Of a stretch of DNA of 64,000 bases, positions 52,180 to 64,000 are shown piece after piece (positions within the stretch are counted from its first letter, which is position 1; every line of letters starts with the position of its first letter). Source of the stretch: Felis catus (lineage: Eukaryota); contig NC_058369.1 of assembly GCF_018350175.1 (NCBI RefSeq), forward strand, positions 21,454,001 through 21,518,000, given 5' to 3'. The notes beneath the pieces are model-generated. The model did no database searches. It was not told the origin of the DNA and was given only the letters and a program-made list of their open reading frames with translations. A program made the position numbers and the translations under genes.

Positions 52180-53071
52180 CTGTTTAGATTAAAAAAAAAA
52201 TTTTAGACCATTAAATAGCCTTCTTCATAAAGTACTTCCTGGACAATGTTCTACTGTTGCAATAATGCAGACACAAAGTCTTTCGATAAGTTCCTTTTAC
52301 ACAGAAGTCATACTTGTTCATGTGTAATAAACATTAAGAAAAAAGGGTAAACCATCCCCTATGCATAACTGTATAAAAATGAAAATGGGGAGCAAATACA
52401 CAGAATGACCCCTAGTTACGGAACAGCAAATAGGCAACTGGAACTAACAGTAGAAACACTCGGCTGACTGACAAATATAGTCAGTTCCATGCAATAACTG
52501 GGAAACAAAAGGCAGCAGGGGCAGCTCCACACACTAAGAACATTGGTTCTGGTACTCACAGACTGTGGGTGCCAATCAGGAAGTGAGGCTGCCCAGCAGG
52601 GGTTACACAGAAGTCTGTATTCAATACCATCCTTGACATCTGCATTAAATATCAAGTCTACAAACTGGAAACGGTAGGTACCAAGTCTGACTGTTTGGTA
52701 GCCAAACAAAAAAAGAAACCCAAGCCATATTCAGTAATTGCAGCTGAGTGCTCACGTAACGCTCTCCAGCCACAAACCCATTCAATCACTGAACATTACT
52801 TTCAGTATGTCTTTTCTATTTTACATACACTTTGGTTCTATTGGTTAGGGCAAACAAAATATTATCTCTTAAATAAGCTACGTGTGAATGCTCATGCTCA
52901 TATATTCTGGTGACATTAAAACATAGCCACTTGCCTTATACTTTCCCTTCAAGAAAACAGGACTCTGCAGTGAAGGCTTTTTATTTACATTCATTTCCTA
53001 AAATTTGAAACTCAAGGACTTGAAACTCAAGTTTTTGGCTAAGAATCTTGCATTACAAATTACAAGTCTCT

Positions 53072-53288
53072 GGGGCGCCTGGGTGGCTCAGTCCGACTTC
53101 AGTGTCTGAGTTAAGCGTCCGACTTCAGCTCAGGTCATGATCTCACAGTCCATGAGTTTGAGCCCCACGTCAGAGCCTGGAGCCTGCTTCAGATTCTGTC
53201 TTCCTCTCTCTCTGCCCCTCCCCCACTCATGCTCTGTCTCTCTCACTCTCAAAAATGAATAAATGTTAAAGAAAAATTAAAAAAAAAC
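53072..53288 (+). mobile_element. Can-SINE with TSD
   Basis: TSD acaaattacaagtctct on both sides. Confidence 0.88.
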
Positions 53289-53427
53289 CAGAACAACAAA
53301 TTACAAGTCTCTGAGCAAGGCCCCTATTTAGCTAATTGACTAAGTCTAACAAGTCACATCACAGGGGTAAACAGGAAGGCTCAGAAGAGTGGGCCACAGG
53401 AAGGCTTCTCAGGAGTGTGGCACTTAC

Positions 53428-53554
53428 CCTCCAGCTGGAGCCATACGTAGGAGCCTCTCACTGCAGTAATGGTGGCAACGCACACTTCTTCGGGGAGAAG
53501 AGGGTTCACTGCCTCAAGCTTCATATTCTCCTTAAATTCATGCTCAGTAATTGA
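53428..53554 (-). CDS. SFMBT1: SFMBT1 coding exon (about exon 11), MBT repeat 4: SITEHEFKENMKLEAVNPLLPEEVCVATITAVRGSYVWLQLE
   Basis: ttctag|TCA ... GAGG|gtaagt, 127 nt. Confidence 0.95.
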
Positions 53555-53629
53555 CTAGAAAATATATGAATCAAATCCAAACACATACTCAGTATTAACT
53601 CGTGCTGACCCGAGAGATTTATTATTCCA

Positions 53630-53856
53630 AGTAATATTTATATTAATATAATTATTATATTATATATTAATAATAATATTATATATTAATAATAATATTA
53701 TTATATTATATATATAATAATTATATTAATATATAATATATAATTATATTAATATATATTACATATTATATATTATATATAATAATTATATTAATATATA
53801 ATATATATTATATATAATAATTATATTAATATATAATATATATAATACATATATAA
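53630..53856. repeat. AT-only low-complexity expansion with tandem units
   Basis: Repeating taattatattaatatataata-like units. Confidence 0.93.
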
Positions 53857-54929
53857 TCTCTCTTGGTGTTATAAGCAGTATGGTCTTTAAGGTCAGGTAT
53901 ACCCATATTACTGCTACCTGTGTGACCTCACTCAAGCTGTGGAACCTCTTTTTGCCTGAGTTTTGTCATCTGTCAGATGACCTTGAGAACATTACCTCAC
54001 TGGGTTATTATGAGTTTTTAATAAATAAAGTACCTAAGGCTCTATGCCCTGAACCAACTGGCTCTCACCCATGGCTGGTTCGCTTCCCTCCCACAAAGGG
54101 CTCTAACACACGATAGATAAGCTGCCTGGTTCCTACTTCCTTGTATATCATGAAAGTCAGTCAGGATAAATGACACTTATGAACAGAAGGAAAATATGTG
54201 TTTTTAAAATTTGCAGCTTCTGGGTCAAAACGGAGAACTGAACTTCCGTATTTGATTATTCTCTCTTCCTTCTGACAGCACTAAAACTAAAGTGGGGTTT
54301 TTGTTTTGTTTTGTTTTTTTACATAAACCTACTAGTATGGATGTAACGGGAGACAACAGCAACGTTTTATAAGCTAAAATTTAGAACAGTATATAGAACT
54401 AATTTGTTGAAAACATTTAAGAAGCACTTAGGTCATGTCTCCACACCCCAGGGAAACTATCCCATTTCTTCCTGTATATGAGATGAGATTTATTTTTCAG
54501 AGAGGATAGGACACAAGACTCCAGGGCAGAAGGACACAGGAACCACTGAGGGCATGTATGCAGCGCCCAAAACAGGGGTTTGCATGTGGGATGCTGAGAG
54601 GTCCAGCCCTCGCCTCTACTCTCCAGGCAGGGATTGGAAAAGACTTCTTATGGTAATATGACAAGCCCGGGAAGAAACACATGAAGATATGTTAGGAGTC
54701 TCCAACAAATGGCCAGCCAGACCCCACCCTAAAGAGAACTTTAGGGTTGACAATCCCTACCAACATGCTCAGAACTTCCAATCAGCTTTATCTGTTTTTA
54801 GTCCCCCATTCTCAAATAGGAGCAAACCACCAAGCATTATCAGACATCTAAAAATATGAAAGCTAGGGACCAAAATAGACAAAACAAGCAACATGGAGAA
54901 AACTTCTTATGCAAGAAGAAAATTTCTCA

Positions 54930-55745
54930 AAAGGCAGGGGTAATTAACATCCTCTGAGTGATAAGAAAAACTATCACATCCTTAAAACAAGAATAGTACA
55001 CTGCTAAAAATAAATATTCAGAGAACAGAAATAGTTCTGGAAAATTAAAAAATGTGATATTAAAAATTAAAAACTCTAAAGAAGGACTGAAATAAAGTTT
55101 AGGAAATCTTTCTTCATCAAGCAAAGCAAAAAGACTTAAGAAACAGAAAACAGGAGAAAAAGGTAAGAAAAGTAGAGGTCTGATCCAGAGGGCCAACATA
55201 CAAATAAAAGAAATTCCAGAAAAAGAGGAGAGAGAAAATGAAAGGAAGGAAATCAAAGAAGAGATTCAAGAGAACTTCCCAGCACAGAGGAACAAGTGTC
55301 TACAGAGAATGTGCTGAGAACCCAGCAAGTGAATGAAGACAGGCCATGCCATGGCTTAGCTATGAAACATGGTGACAAAGAGAATCTATAACCCCTCAGG
55401 GAGGAGTAAAAGGCAGGTCATCTATAAAAGATCAAGAATAAAGATAGATGTCAACTTCTCGACTGCTATGTTGGAAGGTAGAAAACAACTAAATGATGTT
55501 TTCAAAATTCTCAGGTAAAGTAACTTCTAACCTAAAATTCCACATTGAGCCAAACTATCAGTCAAGTTAATAGAACGAAGACCTTTTCAAACATGCAAAG
55601 TCTATTAAAATTTACCTCTCTTGCATTCCTTTTCAGGAAGCTACTAGGAGATGGGCTCCATCAAAACAAGGGAATAAACCAAGAAAGAGGAAGGAGACCA
55701 TTAGATGTAGAAAACAGGAATCTCAAATCTTAAGAAAGGGGAAAG
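54930..55745 (+). mobile_element. Ancient L1/HAL1-like ORF1-region remnant
   Basis: A-rich plus strand, caagagaacttccca, ttctaacctaaaattccacattgagccaaactatca. Confidence 0.6.
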
Positions 55746-55836
55746 ACAAATCCCTGGGTGGCACTGAAGGACAGTTCCCAGGATTAAAATTGTATGGCAA
55801 GTCTAGTGAGCAACCTGTCTAAAGAAAGAGAGAATG

Positions 55837-56328
55837 GGGGCGCCTGGGTGGCTCAGTCGGTTAGGTGTCTGACTTCAGCTCAGGTCACTATCTCGCGGTC
55901 CGTGAGCTCGAGTCCCGCATCGGGCTCTGGGCTGAATGCTCAGAGCCTGGAGCCTGCTTCCGATTCTGTGTCTCCCTCTCTCTCTGCCCCTCCCCCGTTC
56001 ATGTTCTGTCTCTCTCTCTCTCTGTCTCAAAAATAAATAAACGTTAAAAAAAAATTTTTTTTAAAAAGAAAGAGAGAATGGAGGTTGCTAAGAAGGATGT
56101 CTTTCAGAAAAATCTTAGAAATGACAAAGTTCCAGGGCCCCTGCATGGCTCAGTCAGTTAAGCATCTGACTTCGGCTCAGGTCATGATCTCAGAGTTCAC
56201 GAGTTTGAGCCCCACGTTGGGCTCTGTGCTGGCAGCTCAGAACCTGGAGCCTACTTTGGATTCTGTGTCTCCCTCTCTCTCTCTCAAAAATAAACAAACA
56301 TTAAAACAAAATTAAAAAAAAAAAAAAA
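55837..56328 (+). mobile_element. Two Can-SINEs (55837-56065 and 56134-56328) with TSDs
   Basis: TSDs aaagaaagagagaatgg and agaaatgacaaagttcc. Confidence 0.88.
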
Positions 56329-58057
56329 GAAATGACAAAGTTCCTACATCAGGGTATCTAAGTGGTCATGGACATGAGGAAAAGAGAACATGCCTAGGGA
56401 ACATCTTGCATTTTAACCCTTCTGTCCTAAAATACAAAGAAATAACTTTAAACAGCAAAAATATACACAGGTCTAGTTGGACCAAAGAGACTTCTGGGAA
56501 AGGCTACAGGGTGGCAAAGCAAGCATCTGGCTCTAAACATGGAACTAGGACCCAGGCACAAATGCTTGCATTCTTCACAGTCCTCTCGGTCAGGGCCCAC
56601 TCCTGAGGCGGAGGGAGCCAAAGCAACCTGTGCTAATGGCAGAACCTGAGACGCCAGCAGAAGTGGTTGGTTGCAGAGCCTTTTCTTGGTGCTCCTGGGT
56701 TCCTACTAGTGAGACAGCTGCCGTCCTCCACCACACACCCACATATAACTATAGCCGCTACTGAGAACAACACGTGGGAGTAACCAGGAAACTGCTGCCA
56801 AAACAGGTGGGCAAGACAAGTGTGAAAGGATGGGGGGGGGGGGAGGGGAAAGGAAAAGTAATGACAAATTGAGAAGAACTTTGGATTCATATTGCTTCAA
56901 AGTATCAAGAGTTCTCACTGTACTAAAAATCCTAGGGTGTATGTGATGTATATACACATGTGTGTACAGCATATATGTTAGGTACATGTCAGGAAAAGAC
57001 TCAAGGGAACACGAGATGACAACCCATATGCAAAGGGAAGGCCTTACCAAAAGATTAGCACATGAATGCAGATTTATACACCTTAAGTTAAAATAGACTG
57101 TTTCATCAAAAGATGACTCCCTGATTTAGATGACTTTCAATGACAGAGTCAGGTAAGGGAATTTCTGCATATATAATTAATGTTTCCTCCACCCCTCAAA
57201 TAAACTGTAAGTTTCATAGAATTGCATGGGGGGGGGGGGGGGATGACAGATTTCCCGATGTGACCGACTTAGGAGAAGCTACTGGGAAGGTGTGGGAAGA
57301 ACTACAATAGAAACGGAGAAAATTAAGCCATGAAAAACAAGGCAATTATTAACTTGAGGATAAATAAAAAAGAGAAAACCATAAAATACTGCAGTGCTTG
57401 GCTGTGAATAATACCTGAATACATATCATAGTGTAAATAATCAATTCAAATTTGACCAAAAATTATAGGAAGAAAGAGGTGGGTTAAGACCAAGGAAAAA
57501 GGTAATATAAAATAGCTAAGTGTTCACTTACCATAACATAGACATGTCTAAAATCAATGACTCATAAGATGGCAGCATACTATTTTGAAAATGATTTAAG
57601 TATAAGCATCAGAACAACAGTGAGAACAATAGGAGCGAATCTTCCCGGGAAGGGAGACCACGGAGAGGGATGGGACGGGGACCTACCGCTTTATGCTGTG
57701 AGCTTTTTACTGCTATTTAGCGTTGTAAACCATACGCATGTAATATTTTCATGCAAGTATTTTTAAATAAGTTTAACAATTTCTTTCCACTTAATTAACA
57801 CTTTTTCATATTCTTAAGCAACCAAAAATAATTATGAACTAAAAAAATTCATGATTTTAGCTAATAAAAAACCTGATAAACTTTAAAAATTCATTAACTT
57901 CCTGAGTCGATGAATTTTCCTTGCACCACTGTATTACAATCAATGAGATGCTTATTTGAGCTGAGCAAGGGGACTGAGTACGAAGCATATGAGCGTGAGA
58001 AGCACAACAGTCCCCAGCGGACCCGGAGCGTGGCAGCGAGGGGACCAGGGTTCTCAC

Positions 58058-58140
58058 CGGGGGGAAGCACCTCTGGGGAGCAGCTTCGGCACCACACTGT
58101 TTGAGGTAGTCAGCCCAATCAAAGTCCTGGCCCGGGTAGC
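58058..58140 (-). CDS. SFMBT1: SFMBT1 coding exon (about exon 10): GYPGQDFDWADYLKQCGAEAAPQRCFPP
   Basis: acctag|GC ... CCG|gtgaga, 83 nt. Contains the FDW.DYL MBT N-terminal arm. Confidence 0.95.
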
Positions 58141-58369
58141 CTAGGTAAGAATATGAGAACAAAAATTCACACCACACATGCCTGCCTGGCTTTTCCATTC
58201 CCCCAGATATCCACACACAACTTCTCATTGGCTAATTTGAGGACTTTGCTCTTTTTAGGGAGGAGGAAAAACACCCTATAAATCAGAAGCGTTTTTCATG
58301 TTTTAAAACAGATCAACTTTGGTCAAACTATAGCAATACAATAAAATCCTTTGAATAAATTAAAAAAAT

Positions 58370-58582
58370 TGTTTTTCATGTTATTTATTTTCTTGAGACA
58401 GACAGAGACAGAGAGAGAGACAGAGAGAGAGACAGAGAGAGAGATGTGCAGAGAGGGGCAGAAAGAGAGGGAGAGAGAGAAGAGCCCTATGCAGGGTTCC
58501 ATCTCATGAACCGTGAGACCATGACATGAGCTGAAATCAAGGGCAGAAGGCTTAACACAGATTGAGCCACTCAGGTGTCCCA
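58370..58582 (-). mobile_element. Can-SINE
   Basis: gagccactcaggtgtccc end with (GA)n. Flank ctttgaataaatt repeated. Confidence 0.82.
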
Positions 58583-60320
58583 CTTTGAATAAATTTTTAA
58601 ACTTTCAAGCTTCAAACTAGGCATTTATTTTCCACAATATTTTATATGATTAGCTGCTAGCAGTTTACCAAAAGAATTTAAGACAGTTATGACTGGATTT
58701 GGTTTGTACTAATAAATCCAGTCTTACTATCCATTCTATTCCAACTTAGGCTCTAAAGGACGGGACAGTAAATAATCTTTCTTCCCTCATGAAGCTCTGT
58801 CCTTACACATCTTAGCCACTCCTGACATAAAAGTCTCAGCACTGTTTCCAGATTCATGTTGTACAGAAGCGCAACGCCATCTTGTAACCTGAATCATGAA
58901 GTCATTTCCGAAGAAAAAAGTTGAGCTTAACTGTCTGCTTAAGTCCACCATGGTTCTTGGTAGAAGCCTCTCTCATCTGATGCCCTGGCAACACTATCTG
59001 CCCAGCTGCCCCACCGTTTTGGACCAGCTCTCCGCCGTGCAGAGCTGAGCAACAGCGGGCTACCACACCACACCAGCCGACAGCCACACGGCCCCTGCAG
59101 TCCCTCCTCTGCCCAACTCAGACTGTTACCATGTCCCCCCTACTCCACTTCTGCCTCCACCTCTATTCCTCACAGTAAACCAGCTGCCATTTCCAGTGAC
59201 ATAATCCACTACTTTCCTCCTACTTACAGAGATAGATGAGTTGTCTGTAACAAAGTTGAAAGCTCCAGTATCGTTAATAATTGTTTTTTCCTTTTCACAC
59301 GAAGGCAGCGGTAAGATAAAGAACTTGGGATGTCCAGAGTCTTCCAGCAAAGCAAGAACTTCCTCCTGTAGGCATGTCCCCCTCTGCCACCACCACCAGG
59401 CAGGTGTGCCCACTGTGTGTTCACTGATGAGAGAACCTGGGAGGCTCCATTACTGTTTCCCCTACTTGCTCCTTGAAGGAACCATCATACTCACTTTTGC
59501 CTCCCCAGTGACAGACACACCCAATACCTGGCTCATAACAAACATTCCATAAATGTTTTTTGGATGAATGAAGGCTGAATAAACAGCACAAGTTCTGAGT
59601 TTATGACTCTTGTTAACACATAAGAGCAATTCCAGCCCAGTGTTCCAGCACTCACCATTTAAGAAGCGAAGTTGTATTTGCCCACAGCCTACTAATAAAG
59701 GATACACAGACTTCCAATCAAGTAATCTGATTGCTGATATAAAAAGCAGATAAACATTTAACATGTCCAGATATTCTATGCTATAATTATTAAAAATTTC
59801 AGTCAAGCTCAACAAAATCATATTTAAGAGCATTGATTAAAGGATCAAAGATATTTTGCAAAGTTGCAAACACCAGGGAAATGAGTTGCTGGTTTCCTAC
59901 CTACAGCCTCTCTGAGTCCTACTCTTAATCATAAACCTCCCTCTCAAGTCTGAAGAGCTGCACTCTAAGCGGATGCCCAGAAACCTGAAAGTCATCTGAT
60001 ATCTGCCTCCTACCTCCGAGTTCTGGTTCTGAGGTCTCTCCTCCTCTGCCAACTCCCAACCCTGCCAACACTCTCTGCCTGTCTTACTCTCACATTCCTC
60101 TGTGCCCTCATGACACACATAGGAGGGGCCAACCAAGAACGTGCATGGGACCCCAGGTGTTATGAAGATATACTTGTCAAGGTAGGAGGACAGAACGTAA
60201 CTTGACTTAATCATTTTAGCTTAACTTATAACTTGCAAATATTTAAATATATGGAATCAAGACCTTCACTTATACTTGTTTTGGGACCCAAAAAATGTTG
60301 AGGACAAGCTGGGGCATGAA

Positions 60321-60392
<72 letters not shown>
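60321..60392. repeat. (GA)n microsatellite 60 nt downstream of a splice donor
   Basis: Direct observation. Confidence 0.93.
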
Positions 60393-60395
<3 letters not shown>

Positions 60396-60451
60396 ATGCC
60401 ATTTCAAAAAGAAGCCCCTGATGGACAATTCAGAAAACAACAACTACATAC

Positions 60452-60602
60452 CGGGAGGGGGGCTGATGTGTAAACCATTCTTCAGACTCCACTGCACGGG
60501 GAAAAGACCGGGACTGTCAGCATGACACACAAAACATCGCCGTGCGTGATTCTCTGGTCGCAAATCATCCATTTCTACCAGGAAGTACTTCTCATCAAAA
60601 AC
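60452..60602 (-). CDS. SFMBT1: SFMBT1 coding exon (about exon 9): VFDEKYFLVEMDDLRPENHARRCFVCHADSPGLFPVQWSLKNGLHISPPP
   Basis: gtgcag|GTT ... CCCG|gtatgt, 151 nt. Confidence 0.95.
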
Positions 60603-60774
60603 CTGCACATACAATTGAACAGACAACGCAGACAAATGGTTTTATGTGTATGTATACACACACATATGTGTGTGTGTCATTCCTCGGCATAGACAAACAC
60701 GTTACAAAACTTCATAGCCACAGTGGGTATAGCAACACTAAGCACTCAATAAATGTTACTGCTGTGTCTGGTTT

Positions 60775-60976
60775 GTTTTTGTTTTTGTTTTTTTTATGTT
60801 TATTCATTTTTGAGTGAAAGACAGAGCGCAAGCAGGGAAGGGGCAGAGAGAGGGGGAGACCCAGAATCCGAAGCAGGCTCTAGGCTCTGAACTGTCAGCA
60901 CAGAGCCCAACATGGGGCTTGAACTCACGAATTGTGAGATCATGATCTGAGCCGACTAAGCCACCCAGGTGCCCCC
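60775..60976 (-). mobile_element. Can-SINE, followed by a MIR (about 60980-61175)
   Basis: gccacccaggtgcccc end. MIR core cattttgcagataaggaagctgg follows. Confidence 0.82.
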
Positions 60977-62064
60977 AGGCACTGTTTTAATTAAATGCTT
61001 TCCACACATCAATTCTGTTTTAATCTTCCTTACAACTTAATAAGGTAGGGACCATTATCAACCTCATTTTGCAGATAAGGAAGCTGGATTTAAAAAGAAG
61101 TTAAATAACTTGCCCCATTTTGCCCAGCAAAGAAGCAGCAGAACCTGGGCTCAAATCTAAGTACTTGGGCTCCAAACACAATTTAGTTTAGGTTTAGTGA
61201 GGAGTCGGCCACACTTGTATATTAAATTTTTGGATCCTAGCCGAGTTTCAAATGCCTAAAAGGTTTTATTAACCTTCTCTGGCTCCTGGCCACCCAACAG
61301 CCCTTTAGACTTCAGATAGGGCCTTCTGACCCCACTGCAGGTTGAGAATCCCTCCCTGTTCAAAAATAATCTTCTCCTAAAGCAAAACAATTTAAATCTC
61401 GACCAATCAGATGATTCAGCATCCAAGCAACTTCTGCTCCAGTCATGCCAGTCTTCTGGTTCTACTCTGGGTAAATGGGCTTCTGCTCCAGTGCCGAACT
61501 AACCCCTTCTCTTAAGCCTCAGTTCTAGTAATTGAGTAACCAGGGCCTGACAACCTGCCCAGCTCCTGTGGTTACTCTCAACCAGAGCCTTACTTTAGTC
61601 AGCCTTCCAAAAGATTGAAGTCTGAGTCTGGACTCCATGCTGGAGCAATCCTGGGCAGATCTCATGACATGGACCACCTGCTCCCCCAACATCCCCTCAC
61701 CCAGTGAGCCTTGCACCTGGGTGGATACCGACGCTGATGCCTGTGCCCGTACTTCTCAGACGCGGCAAGCTTCCTGCCAGGTTAAGTCCCCTCTAGTGTT
61801 CAGTAAGGCCTGCTCCCAAGACCACACACCCCACTACTCTGGCACCCGAGCTTTGGTTGGCTGGGGTGAGCAGGCCCAGAATAAGGAATGGGCCGCAGAG
61901 ACCTGGACAGTACAAATACAAAATGTGCACAGAAGTCATTCTAGCCTCACAGCTTAGGAGAAACATGGCTCAGATCAGCAGAGCCTGAAGATCAAAACAC
62001 TACCACTTTCCTAAACCCGTCACCCTGACAGGAATTCTTACCAAGAGAGCTGCCCCCATTTTAC

Positions 62065-62166
62065 CTTAACCACCGTAGCAGGAGAGATCCCAAAAGGAGA
62101 CCAGGGGTCCACAGCTTCCAATTTCATATTTACAGAGAATGAATGAGTGCTAATCACTTGTTTGTC
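62065..62166 (-). CDS. SFMBT1: SFMBT1 coding exon (about exon 8), MBT repeat 3: DKQVISTHSFSVNMKLEAVDPWSPFGISPATVVK
   Basis: tttcag|GAC ... AAG|gtaaaa, 102 nt. Contains the MKLEAVD MBT motif. Not present in the ORF track. Confidence 0.95.
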
Positions 62167-62681
62167 CTGAAATGCAAACACCAAGAGGGAATAAAACTAT
62201 AGTATTTTCACATTAATTTTATACTCATATATAGCAGAATATTACTCTTAGTTAAAATAACATAACTGTCCAACTTCTGGTAAAGAATTTAATCCTGTAA
62301 TTTTCTTTCCTTGAATAAATTATTCAGAAAAAAAATTATTCAGAAAAAATTATTCAAAAAAAAAAAAAGTATTGGAAGTACTCCTACTCTCTCTGTTTGG
62401 CACACAAAGGCCATCTGGAGGAAAACAAGTTTATTTTATAACAACTGGGGCTATGTAGTTACAAGTGGAAAAGACAAGACTCAAACACTTTAAGAGAACT
62501 CTGGGAGAAAACCTAGACTACCTTTAGAAGAGAAACAGGATGCCCATCACTCAAACCTCTTTCCTCAAACTTCAAACCTCTTTCCTCCTCCAACTATCAC
62601 AGTGCATTCACTGACCCCGGGGTTACTGTGCCCTACCCCACTGTGAGAGGTAAGTACTGTCCATCGTGTTTTTGTTCTTAC

Positions 62682-62776
62682 CTTAAATAAGTACGATGGC
62701 AGTGGCTCTTCCTCCTCCTCTTTCACTTTGGCCAGGATCTCCTGCCACTCAGCTTCATTCTTTAGATGCTGGATGG
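62682..62776 (-). CDS. SFMBT1: SFMBT1 coding exon (about exon 7): AIQHLKNEAEWQEILAKVKEEEEEPLPSYLFK
   Basis: actaaag|CC ... AAG|gtaaga, 95 nt. Phase 1 to 0 continues the frame. Confidence 0.95.
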
Positions 62777-63437
62777 CTTTAGTAAAACAAGACAGGATGT
62801 TTTAAATGAGGAGAACTTACTTTATAACTGTTTTGACAGCATTCGCGTAAACAAAAAAGTCACTTTCCACGGGGAAAAGAAAGGGCTCCAGCCCACTTAT
62901 ACCATCTTCATTCAAAAGAACCTGCATCTTAACTTCAGTACTCTGTCTCCCTTATTCAGAGCGTGGGTAGCAAGTCTGGTGAAAATACCTACAGGGAGAT
63001 TATAAGGATTGCTCTAGGCCACAAAATAACAGAACGTCCAAACTTGCTTTAAACAGTCACTCCTGTTTTGATCTCACTGTTACTTCTTTTAATCACTTTA
63101 ATCCACTTTGAACCAAGACCTAGACTACTCCTATATGTATCTAAATGCTACCTAGAGAATTTTTTGTCAATTTTGGTAAGGAGCTGAGGCAGGAGTCCAT
63201 GAGTACATCAATATGTGTGGCAAGTTACTAATAAACCAAAAAAAAACAAAAAAAAAAAACAAACAAAAAACAAAAAATAGGCACTCAACTGCATACACAT
63301 TTTTTTGAAATCTCTCTATTACACAAAGGTTTTTGTAATATGTAGAGTAATGCGTTTTTCAGTCTTATCAACATTAATAAAAACATACTATGACCATAAT
63401 GTAACAGTTAAAGTTAAAAAGTCCTATTACTCTTCAC

Positions 63438-63684
63438 CTAATGGGGGCTGAAGCTCATATCCCTGTTGAGCAGCCCAACCAACGTGATGAAGAAATGGAT
63501 CCAAGTAATACAACCAAAAGTCAAAACTGTCAGAACTTTCCAGTCCTTCATAGCGCAGCTTCAGCCTTCCTCCGATGTTCTCTACTACCGTAACGATCCA
63601 AGTGCTCAACAAGTCCCGGAAAGCTTGACACTCTAGCCTGGAACCCGGGGCAATGAGATCTAAAGGGTTCCTCCCATTACGGAG
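63438..63684 (-). CDS. SFMBT1: SFMBT1 coding exon (about exon 6), MBT repeat 2: LRNGRNPLDLIAPGSRLECQ...GWAAQQGYELQPPL
   Basis: Acceptor ctacag|CTC, donor TTAG|gtgaag, 247 nt. Translation matches recalled SFMBT1 with MBT motifs (G.RLE, LRYEG, HVGWA). Confidence 0.96.
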
Positions 63685-64000
63685 CTGTAGGTACAAGATG
63701 TAAAATGATTAAGAGAAGTTAACACAGTATTCTAAAAAGTCAAGTTTTAAATTATCTCAGATTAGCCTTTATATTTTTATCCACTCAAAGTCATGTCACT
63801 GAATGGCCTAATATCATACAAGTCTCTACAGTATTATTTCTAGATGATATGAAAATGTTTATCTTATAGAAAATCTTACTTACAATGCAATGAAACTATT
63901 CTAAGATCTCTAAGACGATGGTATATAGTCTCATCTAATAAGAATTTTTAAAATATCGTCGTTACTGAGTCTTATTACTAAGTCTTACTTAACACTTAGT

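Noticed and set aside
62551..62587. Short direct repeat tcaaacctctttcctc x2 (similar small duplications at 61431/61480 and 62319-62360)
   Set aside because: Ordinary local slippage duplications with no spacer structure. Not CRISPR-like.

Overview
Mammalian genomic DNA from a felid (young SINEC_Fc-type Can-SINEs suggest domestic cat or a close relative), syntenic with the human SFMBT1-STIMATE(TMEM110) locus. Both genes are on the minus strand. Positions 63684 down to 34427 hold 16 consecutive coding exons of SFMBT1 (MBT repeats, SLED, basic/acidic linker, SAM domain, stop). All have GT-AG boundaries and continuous reading phase. A long 3'UTR follows, with candidate poly(A) signals at 34183, 32629 and 28714. 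About 2 kb further on are the STIMATE CpG-island promoter and first coding exon (26615-26456). Positions 1-26455 are STIMATE intron 1; I did not find exon 2 in the window. The rest is Can-SINEs, L1/L2/MIR fragments, MaLR/ERVL LTRs, hAT MER elements and simple repeats, with approximate boundaries and family calls made by eye. I found no convincing new gene or new biological system. The most interesting unexplained signals are: (1) four AT-only expansions each bracketed by duplicated unique sequence, including a 32-bp inverted repeat that pairs fully only in the transcribed orientation and a perfect 20-bp 3'UTR hairpin; (2) a microsatellite-derived array of six Pumilio elements in the SFMBT1 long 3'UTR; (3) a weakly defined intron before the SAM exons that could yield SAM-less SFMBT1. 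Exon numbers and human comparisons come from recalled knowledge, not database searches.
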